From: Octopus vulgaris
Lineage: Eukaryota
Reading direction: 5' to 3'
Length of the DNA stretch: 64,000 nucleotides
NCBI GenBank assembly: GCA_951406725.2
Contig: OX597823.1
Location: forward strand, 80,166,001 to 80,230,000
Numbering within the stretch: position 1 is the stretch's first letter; each line of letters opens with the position of its first letter. The notes beneath the pieces are model-generated. The model had not been told where the DNA came from, did not search any database, and saw only the letters and a list, made by a program, of their open reading frames with translations. Positions 40,135-53,479 of this stretch are shown piece after piece. The position numbers were made by a program, and so were the translations under genes.

Positions 40135-40329
40135 CTTTTTATTCTTTTATTTGACTGTGGCCATGCTAGAGCACCGCCTTTAGTCGAGCAAATCGATCCC
40201 AGGATTTATTCTTTGTAAGTCTAGTACTTATTCTATCGGTCTCCTTTGCCGAACCGCTAAGTTACGGGGACATAAACGCACAAGCGATATGGGGGGAGGC
40301 AAACACAGACACACCAACACACATACACA

Positions 40330-40399
<70 letters not shown>

Positions 40400-40562
40400 C
40401 GACGGGTTTCTCTCAGTTTCCGTCTACCAAATCCACTCAGAAGGCTTTGGTCGGCCCGAGGCTATAGTAGAAGACTCTTGCCCAAGGTGCCACGCGGTAG
40501 GACCGAACCCGGAACCGTGTGGTTGGTAAGCAAGCTACTTACCACACAGCCACTCCTGCGCC
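40135..40562 (-). mobile_element. Full-length SINE S1
   Basis: Minus GGCGCAGGAGTGGCTGTGTGGTAAGTAGC head through tail. Confidence 0.92.
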
Positions 40563-40650
40563 TGCAGAGGGAGTCAAACCGGCGACCCTCAGATTACTTC
40601 TAAGATTGGCCTATAAAAGTCCAATGCTCTATCGACTGAGCTATGCAGGC
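40559..40650 (-). tRNA. Intron-containing tRNA-Lys(UUU), probable pseudogene
   Basis: GCCTGCA-TA-GCTCAGTCGATAGAGC-A-TTGGA-CT-TTT-A-[~19-nt intron]-A-TCTGA-GGGTC-GCCGG-TTTGACT-CCCTC-TGCAGGC-G; perfect acceptor stem, damaged T arm. Confidence 0.8.
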
Positions 40651-40668
40651 GGACAGAAAGATGTTGCA

Positions 40669-40740
40669 TTCCCATGCCGGGAATAGAAACCGGGCCACTT
40701 AGAAAGAAGTTGGGAAACCTAACCACTAGACCACATGGGA
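40669..40740 (-). tRNA. tRNA-Glu-like pseudogene
   Basis: TCCCATG-TGGTCTAGTGGTTAGG...TGGCCCGGTTTCTATTCCCGG-CATGGGA-A; acceptor and D arms match metazoan tRNA-Glu, anticodon arm decayed. Confidence 0.75.
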
Positions 40741-41148
40741 TATATATTTATGATTCTTTCGTCGTGAGTCCGCACGTGACTGTAACTATGTGTAAGATTT
40801 TCTGAGTACCTTATATCTTTTACTTATTTCAGTCCATTAGACTGCGGCCATGCTGGAACACCGCCTTCAAGAATTTCAGTCGAATGATTCGACCCCAGAC
40901 ACACATATGTATATATATATGACATGACACTTACCCAAGGTGCCATGCAATACGACTGAACCTGGAACCATACTGTTACGAAAAAAATTCCTTACCACAC
41001 AGCCACGCCTGCGCCAAATATATCTCTGTATATTTTGTCACGAGATTCTTTATTCCTGGTGTAGAAGGTCCACATAAAAATATCTTTTCACTTGCAAAAA
41101 TTCTAGAATATTAAAAGCAAAGAGATATCTAATCACAAACAGAAAGCA

Positions 41149-41241
<93 letters not shown>

Positions 41242-41254
41242 AATAATAATAATA

Positions 41255-41955
41255 GTGGCTCTCATGGCTTCTGATCTTAACTGATTGGAAGTGTTATCAA
41301 GGCAGTGGCTCTCATGGCTTCTGATCTTAACTGATTGGAAGTGTTTTCAAGGCAGTGGCTCTCATGGCTTCTGATCTTAACTGATTGGAAGTGTTATCAA
41401 TGCCCTGATGCAGTACCAGGCAGTGGCTCTCATGGCTTCTGATCTTAACTGATTGGAAGTGTTATCATGTACATTGTTTTGTCTTGGTATAAAAGATGGG
41501 CTACAGCAAATATTCTGCTCAATACCACAGATTTGCTTGTCAGTTGTTTGACCTTAACCAGTTGAGCATGTTCCTTAGTGGCTGACAATACGTGCATCTC
41601 TGATCACGAGCAGAAGTAGTGGGGGAGCACCATAGCCATGTGTTGAGGGGGATTCTTTGGAGTTTGAATAATTCACCTCTGGAAACATAGGTGTTTCGTT
41701 CAACATCCTAAAGCAACCCTTATTCAGGGACCGTTTGAGCGGGATGGGCTACTCAACCTGAAGAAAATTCTTACTGGGCCCCACCTGCAAGGTCATGTGC
41801 TGTTTATCTTGATATGAGATCACCATGTCGCGCACATATGGTTGTGATGCATGTGCCTGGTGTACCTTTATCAGACGGGTAGTCATGATGGGTATATTGG
41901 GCTTCGTATATTTTACCCCAGTGTCACTTTGATGGCATGAACTGCTCTCTCACTC
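41255..41955 (+). mobile_element. (TAA)n-embedded non-coding element E, copy 1, with three extra 50-bp 5' repeats
   Basis: Body TGCCCTGATGCAGTACCAGG..CTCTCTCACTC from 41401; 50-bp unit repeated 41255-41400; strand assigned only by co-orientation with Dong. Confidence 0.85.
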
Positions 41956-41973
41956 AATAATAATAATAATAAT

Positions 41974-42528
41974 ATGCCCTGATGCAGTACAAGACAGTAG
42001 CTCTCATGGCTTCGGATCTTAACTGATTGGAAGTGTTATCATGTATATTGTCTTGTCTTTGTATCAAAGATGGGCTACAGCAAATATTCTGCTCAATACC
42101 ACAGATTTGCTTGTCAGTTGTTTGACCTTAACCAGTTGACCATATCCCTTAGTGGCTGACGATATGTGCATCTCTGATCACGAGCAGAAGTAGTCGGGGA
42201 GCATCATAGCCGTGTGTTGAACTGAATTCTTAGAGGTTTGGATGATTCACCTCTAGAAACATGGGTGTTTCGTTCAACATCCTCAGACAATCCTTATTCA
42301 GGGACCTCTTGAGCGGGATGGGCTACTCAACCTTAAGAAAATTCTAACTGGGCTCCACCTGCAAGGTCATGCACTGTTTATTTTGATACTAGATCACCAT
42401 GTCGCGCATATATGGTTGTGATGCATGTACCTGGGGTACCCTTATCAGACAGATAGTCATGATGGCAATTTGGGCTTCATATATTTGTACCATGTGTTGC
42501 TTTGATGGCATGCATTGCTCTCTCACTC
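41974..42528 (+). mobile_element. Element E copy 2
   Basis: Same ~555-bp sequence flanked by (AAT)n. Confidence 0.88.
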
Positions 42529-42615
<87 letters not shown>

Positions 42616-42616
<1 letters not shown>

Positions 42617-43832
42617 GACTTTTACAACTGGCAATAACAATGAAGATTGCTACTATTGGCCTAGACACCTACCTGAAAAACTCTGAGGACTGGATGTTAA
42701 AACTTGTCTCAAAACATGAAAACAAGAAAGCCTCATATTCAGTAACAAAACAGGCAAAGGAATATCTAAGTGAATTCCGAATACAACAAATTTCGGAATT
42801 AGAGATAGACATACAAGAAACAGGCACAGAAAAAGCTAAGCGCATGGAAACCCGTGCTAAATCTGCGGCCTTAGATATTCTGAATGATAAATGGCAATAA
42901 AAACCTCTCTATGGCAAATACCCAAAGAGAGCAAATAATGCAGATGTTGACAAAGCCCTGACCCATCAATGGCTTCTGGCTTAAAATCTGAAACAGAGGG
43001 GTTTATCATAGCAGCTCAAGATCAATGCCTACCAACAAGAAACTACCAGGCCAACATATTAAAGATCGGCAGTAGCCCAACGTGTCGTGTATGCCAGCAA
43101 CAAAATGAAACCATTGATCATGTGGTCTCCAAGTGCAGTCTTCTAGCGCCTACAGAGTATCTCAACAGGCATGATAGAGCTGCACAATATATTCACTGGG
43201 TAATCTGCAAAAACCTGGATTTGCCCCATGAAAAAAACTGGTGAGAGCACAAACCACCCCCAGTGCTTGAAAATGACCACATCTCACTCCTCCGGAACTT
43301 CACCATTCAAACTGACAGAAAGATAGATGCAAATAGGCCAGACATCATATTGAAAGACTTCAAACAAAGAACATGCCTCCTCATTGATATGACTGTCCCA
43401 ATCGATATAAACGTAACTGTCAAGACCTACCAAAAACTGAGCAAATATAAAGATCTTGAAATAGAAATCAGCAAAATGTGGAACCTGAAGAGTAAAACAA
43501 TACCTGTTGTCATAGGTGCCCTGGGAATGATAGCAAAAGGGGCTGATTGCTACCTAACTCAGATACCAAGAAACCCAAAAATGGCAGAAATTCAAAAGAT
43601 AGTGCTCATGGGAACTGCTCATATCTTACGCAAAAATACTTTCTATGTAATCTCAAGGTTTAAAACAAACATTAAAAATTTTTTTTTAGACATCCACTAG
43701 TACAACACAAAAAACAACCAAATATATGGCACACTAGGCATAACAACAACGTGAACTTCCAACCTGTTGTCGCTTGAGGTCTCCGGGTGAGACTTGGAGC
43801 CAACTTGTACAAATATACAGCAAAAGTCAAAC

Positions 43833-43835
<3 letters not shown>
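42616..43835 (+). mobile_element. 5'-truncated R4/Dong-clade LINE (CCHC + restriction-like endonuclease)
   Basis: LKSETEGFIIAAQDQ, CRVC..ETIDHVVSKC, RHD, NRPDII..LIDMTVP, KLSKYKDL, PVVIGALG; flanked by (TAA)n. Confidence 0.95.
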
Positions 43836-43916
<81 letters not shown>

Positions 43917-43918
<2 letters not shown>

Positions 43919-44443
43919 GCCCTGATGCAGTACCAGGCAGTGGTTCTCATGGCTTCTGATCTTAACTGATTGGAAGTGTTATCATGGGCTACAGCAAATA
44001 TTCTGCTCAATACAACAGATTTGCTTGTCAGTTGTTTGACCATAACCAGTTGAGCATGTCTCTTAGTGGTTGATGATATGTGCATCTCTGATCACGAGCA
44101 GAAGTAGTGGGGGAGTATCATAGCCATGTGTTGAGAGGGATTTTTGGGGGTTTGAATAATTCACCTCTGGGAACATGGGTGTTTCGTTCAACATCCATAA
44201 ACAACCCTTACTCAGGGACCTTTTGAGCAGGATGGGTTACTCGACCAGAAGAAAATTCTAACTGGACCCCACCTACAAGGTCATGTGGTGTTTATCTTGA
44301 TATGAGATCATCATGTCGCGCACATATGGTTGTGATGCATGTGCCTGGTGTACCCTTATCAGACGGGTAGTCATGATGGGTAGACTGGGCTTCGTATATT
44401 TTACTCCAGTGTCACTTTGATGGCATGCACTGCTCTCTCACTC
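43917..44443 (+). mobile_element. Element E copy 3
   Basis: Same sequence with a small deletion, (AAT)n flanks. Confidence 0.88.
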
Positions 44444-44471
44444 AATAATAATGATGATGATGATGATGATG

Positions 44472-44536
<65 letters not shown>

Positions 44537-44711
44537 CAGGCAGTGGCTTTCATGGCTTCTCATCTTAGCTGGTTGTGGAAGTGTCATCATGTACATTGTT
44601 TTGTCTTGGTATAAAAGACGGGCTACAGCAAATATTCTGCTCGATACCACAGATTTGCTTCGTATATTTTACTCCAGTGTCATTTTGACAGCATGCACTG
44701 CTCTCTCACTC
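44537..44711 (+). mobile_element. Element E copy 4 (internally deleted)
   Basis: Both ends of E joined at GCTT microhomology. Confidence 0.85.
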
Positions 44712-44739
44712 AATAATGATGATGATGATGATGATGATG

Positions 44740-44803
<64 letters not shown>

Positions 44804-44868
44804 CAATAATAATAATAATAATAATAACAATAATGATAATAATGATGATGATGATGATGATGATGATG

Positions 44869-46020
<1,152 letters not shown>

Positions 46021-47333
46021 TAAAACAATAATACTAATAATGGTTTCAAATTTTGGCTGTTTTAGGGAAGGAGGGTATTTGATTAACGGTTCAGCAAAAG
46101 AGACCAACAGAATAAGTAGCAGGTTTTAAAACAAAACAAGTAGAGGGGTCTATTTGTTCGACTAAACTTCCATGGTGGAGACGTATCGTGATTACAGTCC
46201 GACGACTGAAACAAGTAATAATATAAGATGAATAAATGAAAGCAATCAAATTCATTATAATCATCAAAATATATCTAAAACCTTCAGTATCGGACTTCTT
46301 ATACTAATTTGTTTTACTCTTTTTTATCTTTACTTTCTTCTGTCATTCGTATTTTCTTATTCATCTTCTTTTACTTTTATTTTTCTTAATTCTTTTTAAT
46401 TAAAATATATTATAATGGTTTAATGCACATCACTGAGCATTAGCCAAAGAATGTTAGAACGCCCGTACACACAGCACGCCATCAGGTTTTGCAGCCGACT
46501 TCGGAAGCTGTTGTATAAACAGCAACTAAGTGTGACGTATAACAGTTCTAAAATCTTCTGTGTATTTACCACTCCTTGCTAATTACAGAGGCCGTTGAAT
46601 AAAGAATCTTCGGAACTCTGTTAACTCTTACATCAGAGTGGTGAAGTGTGCTGGTGCTATAATGGATGTGAAGTCTGCTAGAACGGCTGTATTTAATGAG
46701 TAAACATTGTCGAGTGTAAGAAATTATATAAACATTTCAGCTAATTACAACTAATGTAAAAATACAACGGCGTTTGTTGTTCTGTTTGCGTTTCTTTCTT
46801 GTTTTTCTCATCTATTTTTATATCCTTTTCCCTCGTATCACCCTGAGAATTACCTATCAGCAGACACTGAAATCCTGATATGTTATTGCTTCTGTTATTT
46901 CCAAGGCTCTGTTTATTTTCCTGGTTGCAACAAGTCTCATGCAGACGAATTCTCTTCCGGGCGTTTTGTCTTTTATTTTATTTTGAATTTGGTAAAGATG
47001 AATTTTAAATCGCTCTGAGATAGGTGGTTTACAGATATGTCAAAACAATCTCCGGGGAAATGATAACAAACTTGAGACTGGAAACTAAGACACACGATAT
47101 GCTTACCACAATTGTTACACACACACATATGCATATGACAGTTTTAGGGGAGGAGGGTAGTTGACTAACAGTTCAGCAAAAGAGACCGATAGAATAAGCA
47201 CCAGGTTTTAAAACAAAATAAGTGCAGATGTCTTTTCTTTTTGGTTTTAAATTGCGTCTTAGCCACCTTGATTACTTTATAATTTTTATATTACCACTTT
47301 GCTGAATCAGCCATTGATTCCCAGGAGTGGCTA

Positions 47334-47742
47334 GGCGCAGGATTGGCTGTATGGTAAGTAGCTTGCTTACCAACCACATGGTTCCGGGTTCAGTCCCACT
47401 GCGTGGCAGCTTGGGCAAGTATCTTCTACTCTAGCCTCATGCCGACCAAAGCCCTGTGAGTGGATTTGGTTGACGGAAACTGAAAGAAGCCCGTCGCTAA
47501 TATGTATATATATGTATGTGTGTATGTGTGTGTATGTATGTTTGTGTGTCTGTATTTGTCCCCCCAACATCACTTGACAACCGATGCTGGTGTGTTTACG
47601 TCCCCGTAACTTAGCGTTCGGTGAAAGAGACCGATAGAATAAGTACTACGCTTAAAAAGAATAAGTCCTGGAGTCGGTTTGCTCGACTGAAGGCGGTGCT
47701 CCAGCATGGCCGCGGTCAAATGACTGAAACAAGTAAAAGAAT
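47334..47742 (+). mobile_element. Full-length SINE S1
   Basis: GGCGCAGGATTGGCTGTATGGTAAG head to GACTGAAACAAGTAAAAGAA tail. Confidence 0.92.
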
Positions 47743-47787
47743 ATACTGACAAGTGAAATCTCAACTTCACCACCCAGTATGAAGTAA

Positions 47788-47839
47788 GCATTACTGATGA
47801 GCATTAATTTCATGCAAAATTGATGTGCCACACTAATGT
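47788..47839 (+). ncRNA. Decayed hammerhead-like motif
   Basis: GCATTA-CTGATGA-GCAT-TAATTTC-ATGC-AAAA...TAATGT; stems I and II pair, G12 lost (CpG decay plausible). Confidence 0.45.
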
Positions 47840-48036
47840 CCTCGCTTGCAGTGGGGAGGTTGTCTCCCTTGTCAGTACTTAGAATATGTGTTTTTGTGGC
47901 TAAAGAATCGATGGCTCTTATTTCTAGAAATGCTGATGCTCCCTGCACCCTTGGTCACTTGTAGTGACGGTGAATTATTTCCTCTTTGGTTTCAAATTGC
48001 GTCTAGAGTCACCTTAATTATTTTACACGCACACAT

Positions 48037-48075
<39 letters not shown>

Positions 48076-48424
48076 GTTTACTTCCTCAACTGACATATTC
48101 ACGAGTTACGTCGTTTTGTTTGGGGTTTTTTGCTTAAAGAAATTAAGGATAAAATAAGCTTCAAATTCTGTCGACTTATTCAGTTTGACGTCAGTCTCAA
48201 TGGAAATATTTACAAGCATAAAAATTTTAAGAAGGAACACATAAAAACGAACACTAAAATGAAAAAATCAAATAAAACATACGTGAAAATATGTAGAAAC
48301 CATTTATTAAAACAGATACAAGCTATCTAAATTGTGAAATGTTTTTTGCCGCTACGTCGATTTTTTTAGTTAATTTTCACAGCTTGGAACCAATTAACGA
48401 CGTAAATCGAAGCATACCTGTACA

Positions 48425-48935
48425 TCTATATATATAAAACTGTAGTTGTGTGAGTGTCTGTCCCCTTCGATTTAGATTCCTAACTACTCCCACATTTTGC
48501 GGTGCAGTTTAACCAAATTCGGGTATCTATAGTCGTGATTCATATCGAGCCTGTCTGGGTATTAGCGCGCGTCTACGATGAGTCTACGATTTTAAAAATA
48601 ATTTAACATCATTTTTTATTCCATTTTAATGCATAATTTTTCGTGTGTCGATGGCGGCGGAGTTGGCGTCCATGGTCACAACTGCACCTGTTTGCTTCTC
48701 CCCCTTCTTCCCTCCCTCGTGAAGCTGTGGGGAAGGGAGTGTAAGGAAATCAACGTCGTAAATCGTTGTCAAGGAGACCAGCGTTCTTTTAGAACAACGA
48801 CTTCATGGCTTGAAGACACCAAAACAGAAATGGCTAAGAAAGCCCGAATTGACATCTATAAGGAAGTAACTCTCTAAAAATGCTTATATAGTTATTTCCC
48901 TTACAAACCCGAGCAACGCCGGGCGATACTGCTAG
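48425..48935 (+). mobile_element. Non-autonomous Helitron, near-identical to 34210-34722
   Basis: A|TC start, CCCGAGCAACGCCGGG hairpin, CTAG|T end. Confidence 0.92.
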
Positions 48936-49098
48936 TATATATATAAATTCGATGTGTGTTGCGTTCCATTATTAATAAAGGAAGTACGAAACTGCATATT
49001 AGCAATTGGTTGATAACTGATGAAGAATTAGAGACCTTCCGTGTTTGTCTTCCGTCCAGTAGTATACGTTATGTCGTATGTTTATTTACCATACATTT

Positions 49099-49140
<42 letters not shown>

Positions 49141-49393
49141 ATGTGTGTGTGTGTATATAATATAAATATATGCATATATACATACATATATGTACATACC
49201 TACATATATATGTATATATACATGCATTTGTGGGTACAGGACATCAAAAATACGCTAAACACAATGAGAAACGAAAACATAAAAACTAAAACATAGAAAC
49301 GAACTTTTTTCGAACAACGAAAAATACAGAGAAACGAGACATGCAACATAAAGAATATTCCCCCTCTTCAGTTGTCCCTGTTTCATCTACTCC

Positions 49394-49441
<48 letters not shown>

Positions 49442-49472
49442 CCGTATATATATATATATATATATAAATCCG

Positions 49473-49504
<32 letters not shown>

Positions 49505-49699
49505 ACAGATGAAAGACGGAAGATGGAATATACGAGAATTTATTATTAATCACGACAATTGTTTCGACACATCTCGCATCGATTCCTCTTGTGAGTGCGT
49601 ATGTGTGTGTGTGTGTGTGTTAATATGGAGTAACTGTCTACGTTTCCCCTGTAAAGGTTAAAAAACATGTCCTCCGCTAAAAATTATCGAGTAATCCTC

Positions 49700-49930
49700 C
49701 AGTTTAATATTAAATTGTTTTTATACACAACTTGCAATCGGCAAATTAGGCTGTTCAGTAGTTCTCTATCCATCACACAGCCAGGATCTGGCACCCTCAG
49801 ACTTCCACCTGTTCGATCGCATGTGATAATGGGGTAAATTTATGGTTGGTTTCTTCTTATCGTGATTTATGACAGAGATATGTTAACATTGTCAACGCTT
49901 TCGGCACTGGGTGAACGTTTTATTTTATAT
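49700..49930 (+). mobile_element. Old mariner transposase remnant
   Basis: LYPSHSQDLAPSDFHLF resembles HPPYSPDLAPSDFHLF. Confidence 0.65.
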
Positions 49931-50162
49931 CTAAGCTGTGTAGGTTACCACAAAACAAAGACAGCAATAGGACGAGAAAAAGCCTAGAGAAATATGATCT
50001 TCGTGTAGATCCTATTTATTGCCCTAGATTTATTTAACAACAGAAGTGCTAATTACTTTCTTCAAAGTAAATAGATGTGCACTGAGTCAGCATAAATGCA
50101 AATTTGCTGCTTTATTTGTTTGTTTTTTGTTGTTGTAGTTTATTTTTGTTTTGTTTTTTCAG

Positions 50163-50265
50163 CGATCAAATATCTGATATGGAATATGAGATGGCTAATA
50201 TAGGGACATGTGTTCTTATAGCACATGAAGGCGACGAAATATTATACATCGTCTCTGAAGCATAG
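50163..50265 (+). CDS. Candidate terminal coding exon of an unidentified gene
   Basis: Long polypyrimidine tract + CAG acceptor, then open frame DQISDMEYEMANIGTCVLIAHEGDEILYIVSEA*; no upstream exon confirmed. Confidence 0.3.
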
Positions 50266-50377
50266 CATCTTACTACGCATAATATTGGGACAAATTTGCT
50301 TAGAGAGCTAGAGAGTTATGTCTTAAACGTTGTCCTTTAAGGGATATGTGATGACAGTGGAAAAACAATTGGCAAAT

Positions 50378-50945
50378 TAAATACAAACTTGGTACCATTT
50401 CAAATATGATTGAAGCGTATTCGAACACATAAGAAAGCCATTCACTGTATTCTGTCATGGAGAAAATTCCTCGCTGTAAATAGGTATAAACACACCGAGT
50501 CAGGTTGTGGTGCTCCGTAACCAGACTGCTGGTGCATGCATTTCGGAGCGCTTATCTCCTCTTCAGCACCAAAGATAGGAAAGCTGACTCTGCAAACTGA
50601 CGAGAGAGATAGATCCATCTTATTAAATTCGTATCATCGTACAATGAACCGCCGACTAGCGCAACCAATCATTGTACAATGATGGGAATACAGCAAGAGG
50701 AACATATCCCTCTCGTCACTTCACAGAGTCTACCTTTCCGGCTTCTGGTGTTGAATCGAAGAGAAGCACTCCGAAATGTACGCAATCCACCAGTCTGGAT
50801 AGGAAGCGCTGCGAACTGACTCGGTGTGTGTACACCTAATTATTGACAGCGAGAAATTTTCTCCATGATAATATATGGTGAATTGCTTTCTAACATCTTC
50901 GAATATGTTTCAAGCATATTTGAACTGGTCCCAAGTTTGTATTTA
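50378..50945. repeat. Old imperfect foldback palindrome
   Basis: Arms pair from TAAATACAAACTTGG/CCAAGTTTGTATTTA inward to ATCATCGTACAATGA/TCATTGTACAATGAT. Confidence 0.9.
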
Positions 50946-51002
50946 TATATCTCACTGCTAAGCGTTTCCATCCTACACTAAAATATATTACTGTATTAAT
51001 AC

Positions 51003-51243
51003 CTATTTCTTATTTCTTTACTACCCACAGGGGGCTAAACACAGAGAGGACAAACAAGGACAGACAAACGGATTAAGTCGATTATATCGACCCCAGTGCG
51101 TAACTGGTACTTATTCAATCGACCCCGAAAGGATGAAAGGCAAAATCGACCTCGGCGGAATTTGAACTCAGAACGTAGCGGCAGACGAAATACAGCTAAC
51201 CATTTCGCCCGGCATGCTAACGTTTCTGCCCGCCCACCGCCTT
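51003..51243 (-). mobile_element. SINE S2 tail a
   Basis: Reverse complement of S2; flanking repeat TATTACTGTATTAATAC (TSD). Confidence 0.9.
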
Positions 51244-51731
51244 ATATTACTGTATTAATACGTGTTCCTATATATTTAACATTCAAATTCTGCCTAAATT
51301 TAAACTTTTCCCATCAATTACACTGATGATCAAGCAGCCGTTACAACGAAGTCCATTAAGTCGACGTACCTTAGAACAATACACTCGTTTCAATGTTAAA
51401 TATCAAATTTCCTAGTGGAATCTCATTACGTATTGGTACAATTAAGAACAGTTAATAATGGGTTCAAATCACAGTATTTCGTTTTTAGTGAAACAAAATA
51501 AATGTAATGCATCAGTGCGTATTGCGACACAATGTTCTCCAACAGCAGTAAAATAGGCTTGTTTATCATCTTATACGTATTCAATTAAACTTGGAATTTA
51601 TATTCTATGGTTTTTACATTAATATCCACTGGGGGAAAAAGCTAGGACATTTCTTGCTCTTTTGAATGAATATCTCTCACTTCCAAATTACCATACCTTA
51701 GTTAGTGCTAAAGCAATATGCCATGAAGGGA

Positions 51732-52300
51732 AGGCGGCGAGCTGGCAGAAACGTTACCACGTTGGGCGAAATGCTAAGCGGTATTTCGTCTGCCGTTATG
51801 TTCTGAGTTCAAATTCCACCGAGGTCAACTTTGCCTTTCATCATTTCGGGGTCGATTAAATAAGTACCAGTTACGCACTGGGTCGATATAATCCACTTAA
51901 TCAGTTTGTCTGTCTTTGTTCGTTCCCTCTGTGTTTAGCTCGTTGTGGGTAGTAAAGAAATAGGTATTTCGTCTGCCGTTACGTTCTGAGTTCAAATTCC
52001 GCCGAGGTCGACTTTGCCTTTCATCCCTTCGGGGTCGATAAATTAAGTACCAGTTACGCACTGGGGTTGATATAATCGACTTAATCAGTTTGTCTGTCTT
52101 TGTTCGTCCTCTCTGTGTTTAGCTCCTTGTGGGTAGTAAAGAAATAGGTATTTCGTCTGCCGTTACTTCTGAGTTCTAATTCCGCCGAGGTCGACGTTGC
52201 CTTTCATCCTTTCGGGGTTGATAAATAAAGTACCAGTTACGTAATCGACTAGCCCCTCCCCAAAAATTTCGGGCCTTGTTCATAGAATAGAAAATGATAT
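51732..52300 (+). mobile_element. Head-to-tail S2 trimer (tails a, a, b)
   Basis: Junctions AAAGAAATA-GGTATTTCGTCTGCCG at about 51960 and 52147. Confidence 0.88.
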
Positions 52301-52933
52301 GCCATGAAGCGGTTCAGTCGTTATATTTAGATAAAGGCTCTTATGAAATATTATGTGTTTGTTTATAGGTCGAGAACTCCTTATTAGCTCACTCTGCACA
52401 TTAAAACGAAGTGTATGCAATATCATAATATACAATAGCACAACTTATAGAGATGAACTTAACAATGAAAAATAATAACAATTTAATGTTAAGTTTCGTT
52501 CGTAGAGATGTGAAAATAAATGTCTTCAGAATTAAGTAAGATTTGAAGACTAGTTGTGTTAATAGGTATATATTCTGTTTATGTCAGTATGAATGCTTAG
52601 TATACACGATAAATGCGCAGATTTCTCTACTTCATTAGAATTATTTCAAATAACCAAAGAGAGAAACAATGCTGGAGTTGGGAATAAATGTCAAGTGCTT
52701 CTCTTAAGTTAAATAGATATCTTCTATGTTTTCAGACAAATACTTTATCCTCTAGCGAAGACATCCACCTATTAGCAATCGAAACTTGCTCAATGACAAC
52801 GTTAGTTAATTCTAAAAGCTTTGTGTGAAAGACTTTATGCGGTCGAAAATGTATAATTGTAACGATATTTAAATTATTAAACTGTCTGATTTATTTTGCG
52901 CACTGTTAGGCATTTTCCTCTTATTATATATCA

Positions 52934-53212
52934 CTAGCAGAGATACCCGGCGTTGCCCGTGTTACATACAATTGAAGAATTAGACTTTTCTGTTATATTT
53001 TCTCTAATGAACTGGAATATCTATGTTTCGAATTTTATCAAAATTGCAGATGAGGGATATTTCCCTCTTTACAACCCCCACAAAAAAAATTGAAATCATG
53101 CCACATATATCCCATACTACTGATTTTATACGCATATTCCAAAATTCCAGTCATATTGAACCTGTTAAAAAGATTTTGCTCCTGAAAAATGAAGGTCATG
53201 GAGCTCTAAAAT

Positions 53213-53272
<60 letters not shown>

Positions 53273-53471
53273 TCCATATACATACAATAGAGAGATATTT
53301 TTACACGTAATACTGAAATAGTGGAGAAGATATGATATTGCCCTAGGCAAAACGTTAAACATTTTTTTGCCCATGACACTACATGGACCCTAAGTAAGGC
53401 ATGTGTTATATTTGAATGAAATTGGTTGTGTAGTTCTCACATACACATTCTCAGTTTTATATATATATAGA
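52934..53471 (-). mobile_element. Non-autonomous Helitron, second family
   Basis: Minus TCTATATATATATAAAACTGAG..CGGGCAACGCCGGGTATCTCTGCTAG; A/T insertion site. Confidence 0.85.
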
Positions 53472-53479
53472 TATACTAG

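Noticed and set aside
41255-41400. Regular 50-bp repeats resembling a CRISPR array
   Set aside because: No spacers, eukaryotic context, no cas genes
46590-46705. Possible exon IRVVKCAGAIMDVKSARTAVFNE
   Set aside because: In-frame stop after the best acceptor and weak splice signals
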